Shown here piece after piece: positions 11,401 through 23,165 of a DNA stretch of 64,000 nt. The notes beneath the pieces were generated by a model. The model saw only the letters and a program-made list of their open reading frames with translations, was not told where the DNA came from and did not search any database. The stretch spans positions 17,360,001-17,424,000 of the forward strand of contig JBHGNT010000007.1 of NCBI GenBank assembly GCA_043228905.1, given 5' to 3'. A program made the position numbers and the translations under genes. How positions within the stretch are numbered: position 1 is the stretch's first letter; each line of letters opens with the position of its first letter. This stretch comes from Azolla caroliniana (lineage: Eukaryota; Plantae; Polypodiophyta).

Positions 11401-14400
11401 ATCTCCATCTCTAATACCTAAAATAATAGAGTTCACTATATCTAGTAGACCTATTGGCTTTGCAATAGATCATGCATATTTATGCTTGAAGGTGAAGGAT
11501 GGATGCACAAGGGATGTATATGCCAAGAAGGAGAGTGGACTAGCTAAGCGCCAATTTACTTGAGAGAAAATTGATGTGTATAGTTGTGGAGAATATAATG
11601 GCATGATAGATACTAGATGATGTTACACAAGGATTGTCAATCATTGCATAAAGCAGCCACAAATGCCTTTCCCCATGCAACGGGCAATGCCCCCAACTTG
11701 GAAGAGTCATAGAAAATAGTTGGTATGACGAGGAATGTCATGATACACGTAGATGTTTGCAGCGGTAAGTAAGTTGGGGTATTTATACACATAAACAAGT
11801 TGGAGCAACCTTAGGTATCACATTACATAGAGAGATTGGGGGGTTTGGGAGTTTGCCTAATAGGGATAGCTATACAAATATTTCTATAAGCTGATGATAT
11901 TGTGCCGATTTTTGACTCTTCGAAGGAACTACAAAGACATCGAAACTCCTTAAAAGTATTTTTTACGAACAAAGGTTTGTCAATAAACATGGATAAAACA
12001 AAAGTGGTGGTATTTAACACCACTCAAGCATGGGTACCATTATCCAAACCAGAATACGTCTTGGGAGAGGAAAAGGTGGCATAAACAAGATAACATGGAT
12101 CAGCCATACAATATCACTTGGTAGGAAGATGACCTGCTATAAGACACTTTACACGCATCAGAGGATGGATTTATCATTAGGCCTTCTTATATGGACATAC
12201 ATCTACCCTATGTGTTGCGTAATGTTTTAGGGTAGTTGTGAATGTCATTACATTAGTTAGAGATTGACGTAGGCCGATATGCACAAATACCTCTAGAAGA
12301 AAGAATTTACCAATTGTATCATCAGGGAATGGAATCTAAAGAACACTATGGTTGTCATTGTAGTGTTTTTCATGAAATAAAAGGGAGATGCTATTACCTC
12401 TTTAAACAAGGCTTTGGCCCATTATGTAGGTAATGGAATATGAGGACCAATGGTGCTTGGGACTTTTGTAGCTAGAACTCAAGAGACATAGGTAAAAGTG
12501 GTTGTAGGACAACAGTACAACCACACAAGCTCATCAACAAAGAACAATCACAACTTTTTTTAGACCCATCACTCCTACTCATGCTACAAGTCAATGAAGG
12601 TCTACACAAATGGGCCCTTGACTAGGACATAACAAAGGGTTTAAATAGATCGGGCAACAACAATTTGTCATGCATAGAGGCCCTGGCCCCATGGATCATG
12701 ATCTCACTGCCCTTGTCATCGACAAATATAGGCCATTATCCCCGCCATAGCAAGTGCTTCCTCGCATCGGAGACCTCTTCATTCTGGATGGACCTATGAT
12801 AGAGATCTTTCGAAGACATTACAATATATCTGGCTTGAGAATCTTACATGTACCTATAACAAGATTCGTTAATCTTTTTTTTATCAAATGTGCTTTTTTC
12901 ACTTAATAACAACATTTTTTTTTTTTGATTTGTTGTTCTCAAAGACGAGACAATATTTAAGCTGTAATCTCTTGTTTTTTCTAATATGCCATTTTGGCCT
13001 CTTAAAAGACATTCATATATTTTTCTTTCTTTCGTTCTAAACAGTGAAAGAGAGATTCCGACTGCAAACTTCAATCTTCATGCTGTACACTGCCAAAGAA
13101 ACTTGGAACGTTGCAGGATTTGTGGGGAGATGGTGGTGAAGACCCGAGCTTTTGAGCATTTTGAAGAAGTTCATGCACCTGTAAGGAATTCACTTGATTT
13201 TGAATTTTAAACTTCAGAACCTTATGTGCATGTTTATTAGGATTTTATGGATAGCAACGCTTTTCATGTGCATTATCTCCAAACAATTTTAATTAATAAG
13301 CTGCCATTTCCATTTCAACAAATGGATATGTAATCTATGCTAAAGCTTTCATGATATTGTGAACACTATACAATAATTATGGTTTTACTGGGGCAGATAC
13401 TAAATATAGTATGCCATATTTTTTTATTGCCATCTAGGTAGCTATTTAAGTAAATGTCTGATTAATTTTATGAAAACTTTTGTACGTCCCAAGTTAATTA
13501 TTCCATGCATAGTACGTAAAATTCGTGTTCGTCTAGTATAACATTCGTTTTCCTACGTTGGAAAACGAATGCGAATGGTATCCAAACATTCTTGTTTTTT
13601 TTTTTTGTTTTTTCCCCATTTTTTTAATGTTTTTTTTTCATATTTAGGCTTATCTACCTCATAATAAATAGTTAATCGAAAAGTATGGTATTTATCATTC
13701 TTTGAGGGTGTTTTCCTTTCGCGAATGGTTCAATCATTCGCGAATGCGAATGCACGTATGGTGCGTATGGTTCATACTATGATTCCATGTATCCTGCATG
13801 AAGGAAGTTGTACTTTGTTGTTGCTCTTTGAATGTGATTTGTCCTCTGTTTTTCTCTTCATTTCTTCTTTTTCCCTACTTTCTTGACAATAATCCTAAGA
13901 TTTAATTATGACATATATGTATATATAATAGAACTGGAGGTTGCTATTCAATTCCATATCACTGCAGCCACAAAAATTACAAAGGGAAGCACTCCAAGAA
14001 AGCCAACCAAGTTCTAGGGATGGATGATCAGAATCAGAATCCTTAATGTTACGCCAAGGTGTAACAATCTGAAAAAGCTCAGGGATACCAAGAACAATTT
14101 GGTGAGTTTTAAGGCAAGGTGGTTAGCTAATGGTTACATTACGCTAAAAGCAACTATTTTACGGCGACATTGTGGAAAAGGCAATGGAATGGTGTGCTTT
14201 TTCCAACAATTCTCGAGTGAGAATGAAATTTGTGAACAACAAATCTTTGCTGACATGTGCCCAATAGCCTCTATACTATGCAATTATTTCCATGCAGAGC
14301 TGCAATCGATCTTTTATTCCCCATCTCCCAAACCATTTCATAATGTCAAGCACCCAGCCAGATGAGAGGACTTTGTGCCCTTATTAATACCTTGCATCCT

Positions 14401-17400
14401 ATACTGCAAGTTTGTTTTGGCAATCTATGATCCGAGATATTCGTGGCTTTGTGATATACTTGTATACTTCTTGCATGGCTAGTAGCTGTATGGGCCAACC
14501 ACCTACTTCTAATAGCATGACAATATAGGATGTTGAGGATTTTACTCCCCCAATTGTCTACGCAAGAACAAATTTTAGATTTTCTCTATTTCATTCCATG
14601 TACATAATAGAGAGACAAAGCCCATCAGTACTCTTATGATGAAGGAAAGCAGTGATCTGCACTGGAAGATAATAATATGATATATAGAGCTAGCCAATCA
14701 CACACTTGATACCTTAGGAGAGATGCACGTCCATATAGTTTGGTCCAAGGAAGACGCCATCTTTCATCAAATGAAAGATTGTCCAAGTAGAAAGCCATCT
14801 TTGTTGCTATAAGATGTACTACTCTTTCAATGTAATGATATCCTTCGAGTGACTTTGTCTTTCACATGTTGGCTAAAGGACTAAGATGAAGTACTCTTTC
14901 TATGGTTGTATATTTCAAATCTAATGATATCCTGCTAATCACTTTGTCCTTCACATGGTAGCTAAATGACTAAGATGAAGCACTCTTGCTGAATATCAAA
15001 GGCAATAGTGGATTTATGCCAAGCCCATGTGAACTAAGTCATGTAGCTTATGAGAACAAAATGAGCATGTTGGCCTAGAGAGATTTAATTTGAGTTGTGT
15101 AAATAAAATTGTTGTGTACCATGGCTTGAGAGAGATGGTGTATTGTATTCTCAGATGAGATGCGTGCTGTGTGATGGGAGTATAGAACGTGAGCTGCTTG
15201 TATTGCATCAAACTGAAGAATGTTTGCAACGATTGCTGGCTTGCAGTTACTGTGAATTTCCTGTTGCAGCGATAGACTGGGATGCACATGTTGTAAGTAT
15301 TCCTCAAGGATTAAATGCTGACGTTCTTAATATCTGGTTAAATAGATTCTTAAATTAACAAAATATATATCTTGAATTTTTATAACACTTTTTTGTAGAA
15401 TCATTGTGGAAATCGAACTGAGATGTGCATACCATGTGGTAAATATGTAAGATTACGTGAAAGGACTGTGCATGATTTACAACATCATAATAGCAACCAA
15501 AGGGAAGATGGCTCATCCTCCAGGTTGGTGGTTTCACCTTATTTCATTCTTCATTACATCCAATACCTTACACAGTTATATTAATCTACATATATTTATT
15601 TTGGTTTGCTCTCAAAGACAACAGCATTTCAAGATGTAAGCTTGTGTTTGGCCTTATAGGCCATTTTGACCTCTTAAAAAGACGTTAATATATCTTTCTC
15701 TTCTCTTCTCTTCTCTCTCTCTCGCTCATAAAAGCAGTGTATAGAAAAAGAACATGACAATACAAAAACCCTTACAGTTCGTACTGCAATAGTAAGGATC
15801 ATATGGCACTGTGAACCCTCTAAGGTGTTGTAAGACTAGCTGACATAAAGGCAATTTCTCTGAAGATGAGGTGCCCATGGACATCAGTTGTGAATACTGT
15901 TAAATCAAATATCCTTTCAGCCTATGTACCTGTTGTGGTAATCCATGGCGATATCAAACAAGGACCATGGACCCTAATGCCTAACATAGTCAAACACAAC
16001 CTTATACAATGAATGAAAATACTGGAAGGGTGAATAATTTTCCCAATTAACAGTACCCAAAATTGTGACTTACAAACCCAAATGGTTTTATCGATTGGGC
16101 ATGTAAGGAATGTTCACCTGACATCATCCTCAATCACTATACAGAAAAACAGGTCCCATTTGAGCAATGGCCGCCTCCTCATGTGTAACCTAAGTGATGA
16201 TATTACCCTGTTGTAGTATTTGTCCATGCCATCCAAGATCAATAAGATCTCTTTCAGTGCATCAGATAAGCACATCCAATAATTTCCCTGCATTCTACCA
16301 AGTTATGCATTGTAACAAAAATTGGGTGAGCAGCAATGGCAAATAGAAATCGGATCAACTGACATCCTCGTTGTATTGATGGTGTCAAAGGTCATCACTC
16401 GAGCTGCACCACACAAAGATGTGGCGTGGCATTCTTGCACCAAAAACCCATATGACGTATCAGTTGGGCAATAAACGACCAACTTCCACAATTGTATGCC
16501 TTCCCACATCTAGTTGTATCATTACAATTTCTTGTCTCCATTAGTAGCATTATCAATAGCCATTTGCACATTCCAAATATTATGAAAGATGTCTCTCTGT
16601 CCATAATAAATCCATATGGCGTAGGGTTGACGATAGACACCATTTGAAGTCAATTTACTATTACTTTGGCAAAAACCTTATATCAGTCTCCACTGCCGAA
16701 AGGCAAAAATCTAAGTTGGTCTCCCTTATTTGATCTTCAAGTTGCTTAGCAAAAGCTTTACAAAAATCATTTGTAATTCCATCCCAACCTGGGCGTTTAA
16801 TATCAAAAGATGTGAAAGGCACTCTCCAACCCTTCTTTCATTTATATCTTCTTCCAAGGTCATCATGACTTAACATCTGACCTTATAATGAATTGATGCG
16901 AATAACAATGACCGTGGTTGTCTCATCTCATCATGAAGCAAGCAATTATGACTTTAAAAGAGTTGTTAAATGCTAAATACAATTATCAATACTCATGGTT
17001 TGGTACTCAAATTCACATCAATCTTTAAGCACAACATATTCAATCTAGCATGGGACGCCTGTTACCCATGGAAGATTTATGGTGAAGAGACAAATATTCA
17101 ATGCAGGAACACCATGAACCACAACTTGTCTTATAAATTCTCCCAACAATTGTCCTGCAACTTCGTGAAAAATATCATGTCCAAGAAAGGATGAGTTGAC
17201 TTTGAATGTAGACATCAAATGGTGGATGGTTTCCGATCTTTATCTGTATGGCAACCCCTAGGATCAAATGATGCTTTCTCATGACACACTGCATTATCAA
17301 CACTTCTGGCAAGAATGCTCGATTGTATACTACGTATGTGATTAAACCGACTCCATGTTTATCTATATCTGCAAGTTAAAAGGTATAGCTAGGATCAATC

Positions 17401-19257
17401 CATTAATTGAACCGCCAATCCATGCATCATACTTCAAGACTTCTTACCATGAACAGGTCACAAACCTCTCTTTCAGGAGAATCCATCTAGCTAGGTATAG
17501 AGGTACTTTGAACCACATCATAACACATTAAAATCAAATCACAAAAGTCCTGGTCTCCTAAGTCACAGAATTTGATACAAGCATCGCCAAAGTGCATAAA
17601 TGGCAATGAGCTACTCTTTCCCCACAGGTTTCATCCTATTCCCCGCAATGATGTTCTCTTTTAGCTCCAACATAACGCACAGGATATCCGTTATGCAGGA
17701 AAGAAAGCCATGACCTAGCATGATCCTTATGCTCCACTCACACGATACATCCCATTGACTACTGAAAATAGTTCTCTACATACATCTTAGAGGCAGAACA
17801 AGTTCTCCTTACAGTCTGTGTAAACGGTCTTCGTAATTCACTAGTTAGGTGTCATGTTAGTGTTGAGTATGCTGGCATTGGGCAAGTATGTTTGGCATCC
17901 CCCAAATAATCATTTAAGTCTGCAAAAGCATTTTGCATGCAAAGCTGTTGTTTAGCCGTTGATGCCTTGATAACTTTTGAATAGCTTAATTTTCGAGGTT
18001 GTTTCTCCACTGGTGTAGCAAATTTACTATTCTTATCAAATATGAGTTTTAATGGTTGATTTTGAAATTTTGATTAAATATACAGTCCTTGCCATAGTCT
18101 TGATCTCCTGTGAAATTGGCTATCACGAGGTAAATGTGGTAATCTGATAGAGCTCCTTCCCAGAAGAATTTGTCCCGTCATGTCCTTGGGGTTGTCAACC
18201 TTTCCCCCTCAAGTTCATTGAATGTTTGGTTAGGCTCATCTTCATTCCTCATATATTTCACCTTTTCATCAACACATGTTTCTAAAGCAATGACCTGCAA
18301 AAGACCCGCAATGCAATTGATGTCTGTCCTCTATTTTTATATTCAATCACTGCCCATGTTCTATTTCTGTAAACACTATTTTGACTTACCATGGTATCAC
18401 TGGCAAACCTAGTATACGGACAGTATTTTTCTCGTACAAAAACAAAGAACACCCATCTCTATCATTAGAGATGTGCAAGGATTATTGGGCTTTCCTTCCA
18501 CACATCTCCTCCTGTACAATAATATCATTGGACCTTGCATTCGCCCTTATTATTATCATTTCCATGTAGAACACTTTTTACTGCATAGCTGACAACTTTA
18601 TGACGTGTGACCCAATATTGTTCAGTTCTCCTCACTGTTGAGCATAATTTGTGCATATGATTGTTTTGCCACTGGACTGATAACATGGTCTTTGGGTATT
18701 GGCTTCTCTCATCGTTGGTTTCCTCAAAGCGTTAACAACCAAATGCTATCTGCCAATGGCAAATAATTAGTGACAGTTACCAAAGCATTTTGAAAAGTGA
18801 TCAGCAAAATGCCTTCCAAATCTAAGAAGATTTATGTTTTTACATGAATGTGTAGCTCTCCTTGCAGGTTTCTAACTGAAACTGACCAAATTGGAGTTTG
18901 TATGAGAGAATTATGATTGATACTGTGGACAGCCATTCTACATTAGCCAAAGTAGTTGCTGTTTTTTTTCATTTTCTTTTCTGCTTTGATTCGATGAGAA
19001 TATTTGTTTGGTGCATTACGAATTATTTATATACAACAGTTAAAACTAGCTTGTATGGAATATTGTTTTGTTAAGCCATATTATGTAACAAGTTCCAATT
19101 TTCTAATAGTATCAGGAACAGCCCTCCAGCCAATGAAGGGAGTGGTAGTTCAAAGCATCGGTTATGGATCACAGTTGCTATCGCAGGAATTGCTATCCTC
19201 GTAGGGGCATTTGTGTTCCAAAGACGTGAGCCAATAGAGCATCCAAACAAAGCATGA
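8412..19257 (+). CDS. TRAF-type zinc finger / XAF1-like protein with C-terminal transmembrane anchor (~198 aa, 5 exons)
   Basis: Exons 8412-8461, 13045-13180, 15155-15292, 15399-15523 and 19110-19257, all GT-AG, total 597 nt in frame. Reads CPYCEREIPTANFNLHAVHCQRNLERCRICGEMV...CSYCEFP...CGNRTEMCIPCGKYVRLRE...HRLWITVAIAGIAILVGAFVFQRR, resembling Arabidopsis AT1G09920-type proteins (from memory). Confidence 0.9.
9330..9650. repeat. Degenerate tandem repeat in intron 1 of gene 1
   Basis: Recurrent ggacatcaaggaac(taagaaa) and cttttgaacata...tctattgttt motifs. Confidence 0.6.
10080..13035 (+). mobile_element. Degenerate RTE-X/L2-like LINE with internal deletion, in intron 1
   Basis: ORF1-like ...LTGDKIYSDDDLT...KEGKWVVYKDGKVII ends at 10702. 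ORF2 starts near 10709 (TILNCNG), with endonuclease TCWNPKGGASTI, RT xADDIV...KGLSINMDKTKVVVFN and a decayed GRY..IPLEER C-terminus. The 3' end is CT-rich. The 5' boundary is approximate. Confidence 0.75.
13508..13781. mobile_element. hAT-type MITE (274 bp)
   Basis: Ends CATAGTA and TACTATG. Perfect 8-bp TSD attccatg at 13500-13507 and 13782-13789. Confidence 0.9.
14400..14810 (-). mobile_element. Possible highly decayed L1 3' (zf-RVT) relic
   Basis: Minus strand gives WRLPWTKL...ISPKVS..WL, like the W...PK..F.W block of L1 ORF2, with frameshifts. Confidence 0.35.
15595..15727 (+). mobile_element. Orphan 3'-end module of the RTE-X-like LINE with CT-rich tail
   Basis: ...ttataggccattttgacctcttaaaaagacgttaat followed by a (ctctt)/(ct)n tract. 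Homologous to 12925-13035. Confidence 0.75.
15728..18780 (-). mobile_element. L1 family A-like, copy 3 (degenerate, internally deleted) in intron 4
   Basis: Minus strand reads KRPGWDGITNDF (~16770-16805), YKVFAKV (~16660-16682) and TFLTCPIDKTIWVCKSQFWVLLIG (~16040-16115), matching family A blocks. The 3' end abuts a GA-rich tract on its own strand. The 5' boundary is approximate. Confidence 0.75.
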
Positions 19258-21324
19258 ATGAGAGTCTCAGTTTTGAGTATAAGTCTTCCATATATTCCAT
19301 CATTCAGAATATTTGGCTTAATCCTTTTAAGACAAATCATATTAAAGACGACTTCCACTTTTATAAAAAGACTTTGTATAATAAAGGCATACTTGTTTTG
19401 GGTGTACAAAATTAATCTTTGTAATGAGAACATAGCCATTCCAGGTGTATGATGATTGTAGGAATTTGAATGAGTTTGAAGGGTCTTGCAGTTATCTATA
19501 CTTGGGGTAGGGGACGGAAAAGTTTATATCTATTACTTACTTCCATATATGAATGATAACGAGACTCTGATCTGGATTTTGTGATTACTTGGGATTTTCT
19601 TTTATTATTTAGTATTTAGTGTTTTCAGTTTGTTTCCGATTCCGTAAACGATGGCGAGCCACTTGTTTCTGGGTTTCTAATAAGTCTTCCCTTTTTTGGT
19701 ACATGTGTGCACACTTATAAGAATATAACTAATTATCCTGGAAGTCACAGGGTCATAATCAATCGCACCCATGGTGTCTCATAAATGATCCTATACTAAT
19801 AAATAAATGGTCCGCTTTGACATGAAGTCGAACGTACTTATTAAATTTTTTTTGCATATGGTCACTATATTAACAGTAAATTATGGAAGAATTTTATGCC
19901 CAGGTAACGTAGAAGACTTTTATATTCTTTGTCATATATTAATTACAATTTCCACTATACTTAATAGTTCTCTTACTCAAAGAACGAAGCTCTAAATAAT
20001 TTGAATTAAGTTGGAACTTCATGTTCAAAGGTTTTTAGAATGATAGTAGTGTACTAAGTGAAGGTTGGAAATAAACTTACATCAGACAAGGAATGCTTGG
20101 AAAAGATAGGATAATTTCCCAAGGGAAATTTGCTCTTTGTAAGTAATGTTTAACAAATGCACTATGGCAACCTAACTTCTCAAGTACAAGGTTGGATAAA
20201 TGTAAGTGCGCCAATCTGATTTTATTAAGCTTTCTATTGAGTATCATTTAAATTGACATTAGTGTAGGCACAAAGTGTATCATTTAAATTGACAATTTGT
20301 AGCACCAAATAATGGTTACCTTGAAATTTGCTAGTGTCGTTTCATATCAATGCTCATGGATTTGTCAAGTCATAACATCAAGTAATGGCTTGAATTGTGC
20401 CAACCTTGTTTAATGTCAATCCTAAAGGATGTTAATGAGTCTAAATGAATCAGACCTTGCATTTGAATGCATTACCAAAGGATGTTAAAGAATAGTATCA
20501 TTGAAAACTTGATATTATATAAAGCCAAATTAGAAGGCATAACTCTTTAATCACTAATCAAAGGAATACTTTTAAGATTCTTTGATCTCCTTAAGAGTAG
20601 AGTTTAAAAGTCAAACGATAAATCCCTTCCTTTGATGGCTTATTCTCCTTAGTTTTTAGGGTGGTCGTCATGTGAGTGTTGTTGCACCATATTGCTATAA
20701 TACAACTACCAAGTTTGAGGCAAATAATAAGCAAGCCTTTGTCATGAAAGGCAGGCATGGCCCCAAGAAGTACATGCCTTAGGAACATGTGAGTGTAAGA
20801 AGAGTGATATATGTATATCCCCATGCCTTTACTGCTAGGCATGGAAATACGTTGGACACAAGAACAATCATGAGTAAAGGACAATACCAAGGATTCAAGC
20901 ATCACAACAATCAAAGAAGGAAGAAACTTGAATGAATAAAGATAAAGGTGTTTTCCAAAAAGGTCGAAAAATAGAAAAACACAAGTGGTGAAATTTTAGA
21001 TAGGGAAAAACACTCATAACTTTTTCATTTGATATCCAAATTTCGAAAGAAAAGATCCATTACAAAGGTGTTGATACGAGCTTTTTTTAAAACTATCTTG
21101 CATGTTGAAATTGGAGCTATATATAAGAAATAGTGATGAAGAAGTATATCGGTGTCGTGACGTTTCCATGCCACGATGAGAAAATAACTTCTACCAATTT
21201 ATATGAGCTTATTCAAATCTTTGTAAAAGGTTATGTAAAGTGCGAGGATCGTGTGGGGGTTTAGGTGTCGTGAAGGATTTGCTTCACGATAGAAAAATAA
21301 ACTAAAATATTGTATTGAATAACA

Positions 21325-21388
21325 TTCAAGAGACTCAAACCCACAACCTCACATACCAAACACAAGGCACATACCATTAGGCTATGTC
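21325..21388 (-). mobile_element. tRNA-derived SINE-like head (Pol III A/B boxes)
   Basis: Minus strand: TAGCCTAATGG (A box), ~33 nt, then GGTTTGAGTC (B box with CpG decay). No cloverleaf or anticodon stem is supported. Confidence 0.45.
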
Positions 21389-21434
21389 ATTTGTTCTTTA
21401 AAAGCTATATTTTAATGTTTCTAGTTACCCCATG

Positions 21435-22217
21435 CATAGTATGAACCATGCGTACCATTCGTGCATTCGCGTTCGAGAATGATTCAATCATTCGAGAAGG
21501 GTAAACACCCTCAAAGAATGATAAATACCATACTTTTAGTTAAACTATTTACTATAAGATAAATATTTTTTCAAGGTAATTTTTCTTTTTTAAATTACAA
21601 AAAGAAAACACATTACCTTCTTAATAATAATATGCATTTTTTCAGACATTTCAGACATTTCATCTCTGAAATTTCATGTCTGAAATCTCAGCCATGAAAT
21701 TTCTGAAATTTCATGTCTGATCATCTCTAAAATTTCATGTTTGATCATCTCTTAAATTTCAGCCATGAAATTTCAAAGATGAAATGTCTGAAATTTCAGA
21801 GATGATCAGACATGAAATTTCAGAAATTTCAGCCATGAAATTTCATGTCTGATCATCTCAAAAATTTCAAAATTTTCATCATGGAAATTTCTGACATTTC
21901 ATCTCTGAAATTTTGTTTTGGAAATTTAAACCCTAATAACGATTATTAAACCTAAATTCTAATCATACCTGAATGTCGTGAGTCGTTGAAACTTGGTAAG
22001 CAGTGTGCACTATGCAGATCGTTGGAGGCTAGGTGGGAGAGGAGAGGAGAGCGTAACGTTACGTGCAGAGAAGAAGAGGGAAAAAGAGGGAAAAAACGAA
22101 AAAAAAAATGAAAAAACGAAAAAAAAAACAAACAAACTTTTTAATATCATTCGTGTTCGTTTTCCAACGTAGGAAAACGAATGATAAGCCTGACGAACAC
22201 GAATTTTACGTACTATG
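21435..22217. mobile_element. hAT-type non-autonomous element (783 bp), opposite orientation to the 13508 copy
   Basis: Ends catagtatgaacc and ttttacgtactatg. Perfect 8-bp TSD accccatg at 21427-21434 and 22218-22225. Internal tctgaaatttcatg repeats. Confidence 0.9.
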
Positions 22218-22582
22218 ACCCCATGTATATTTTCATACATGAAAGCTCAAATGCGTGGGATGTCTATTATGCATGTTTTGTACCCTCACATGCATCATAT
22301 GCATGGGGGCACCTATTTAAAGAGGGAAAGGGAAAAGAGTGAGGGGAGGACATGAGACAAGGAATATTATTGTAATAGGAGGGACAAGCTATATTATTGT
22401 ACAAGAAATATTTTGTAATCATCTTCAAATATCAATACAAGTTATTTCCTTTTCTCCTCTTTCTTTGACAAGAAGCCCAGTGCTTACTTCTCGGATTCGC
22501 GACTTTCTTTTCATTTGCTCTCGTACGCCGAGATCGACGGACATCAGTGTCAAAAGAAGATAACTAGGTCTATATCAAGGAT

Positions 22583-22814
22583 CATATTATGAACCATACG
22601 TGCTTCGCATTCGAAAATGTTTCAATAATTCGAGTATGGCAAAAACCCTCGAAGTATGGTAAATACCATACTTTTGTATTCATTATTTATTATAAGGTTT
22701 TTTTTAAGGCAAAAAATGTAAAAAAGGAGAGAATGTTTTGATAACATACGCATTCGTTTGCATTCATATGAAAAAGAATGTTTGTCAATGCATTCAAGCA
22801 TATTACGTACTATG
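22583..22814. mobile_element. hAT-type MITE, older copy
   Basis: Ends catattatgaacc and acgtactatg. Flanks tcaaggat and tttaggat match 6/8. Confidence 0.75.
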
Positions 22815-23165
22815 TTTAGGATATACTTTAAAATCTCTTGAACGTCTCACATAGACTCAACTATATCTATTACAGAGTAAAAATCACAAGAATGCAACCA
22901 AAAACCTATAAATAGGAGTAGATTCTTAGACATAGAAAAGAAAAGTAGAAAAAAAGAAGGATGTAGGTTTAGAAGAAGTAAGAGACAAGAAGAAATATAG
23001 TGGAAGAAAGAAGGAGATAAAAGAATGATTTTTTATGAGTTTGGGTAATTGAAAATCAAGTGGTTCTTTGGTGTTTGATTATGTCTATGGTGTAAGGAGT
23101 TGGTGTTGTCTTCATAATAGTATATTGTTGTGTACTTTTCTCTTGTTCTCTTCTTTGTACTCTTC

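Noticed and set aside
14813-14990. Small two-unit duplication (also 35930-36065/36444-36600 and 46605-46720)
   Set aside because: Ordinary local intronic duplications with no further structure.
18868-18916. Possible alternative terminal exon of gene 1 (cttgcag|g ttt cta...tga) lacking the TM anchor
   Set aside because: It is phase-compatible but has no homology or other support.
22240-22552. Solo-LTR-like segment (TATA-like motif, ends ...catca)
   Set aside because: No convincing TG start with a matching TSD, and no second copy in the window.
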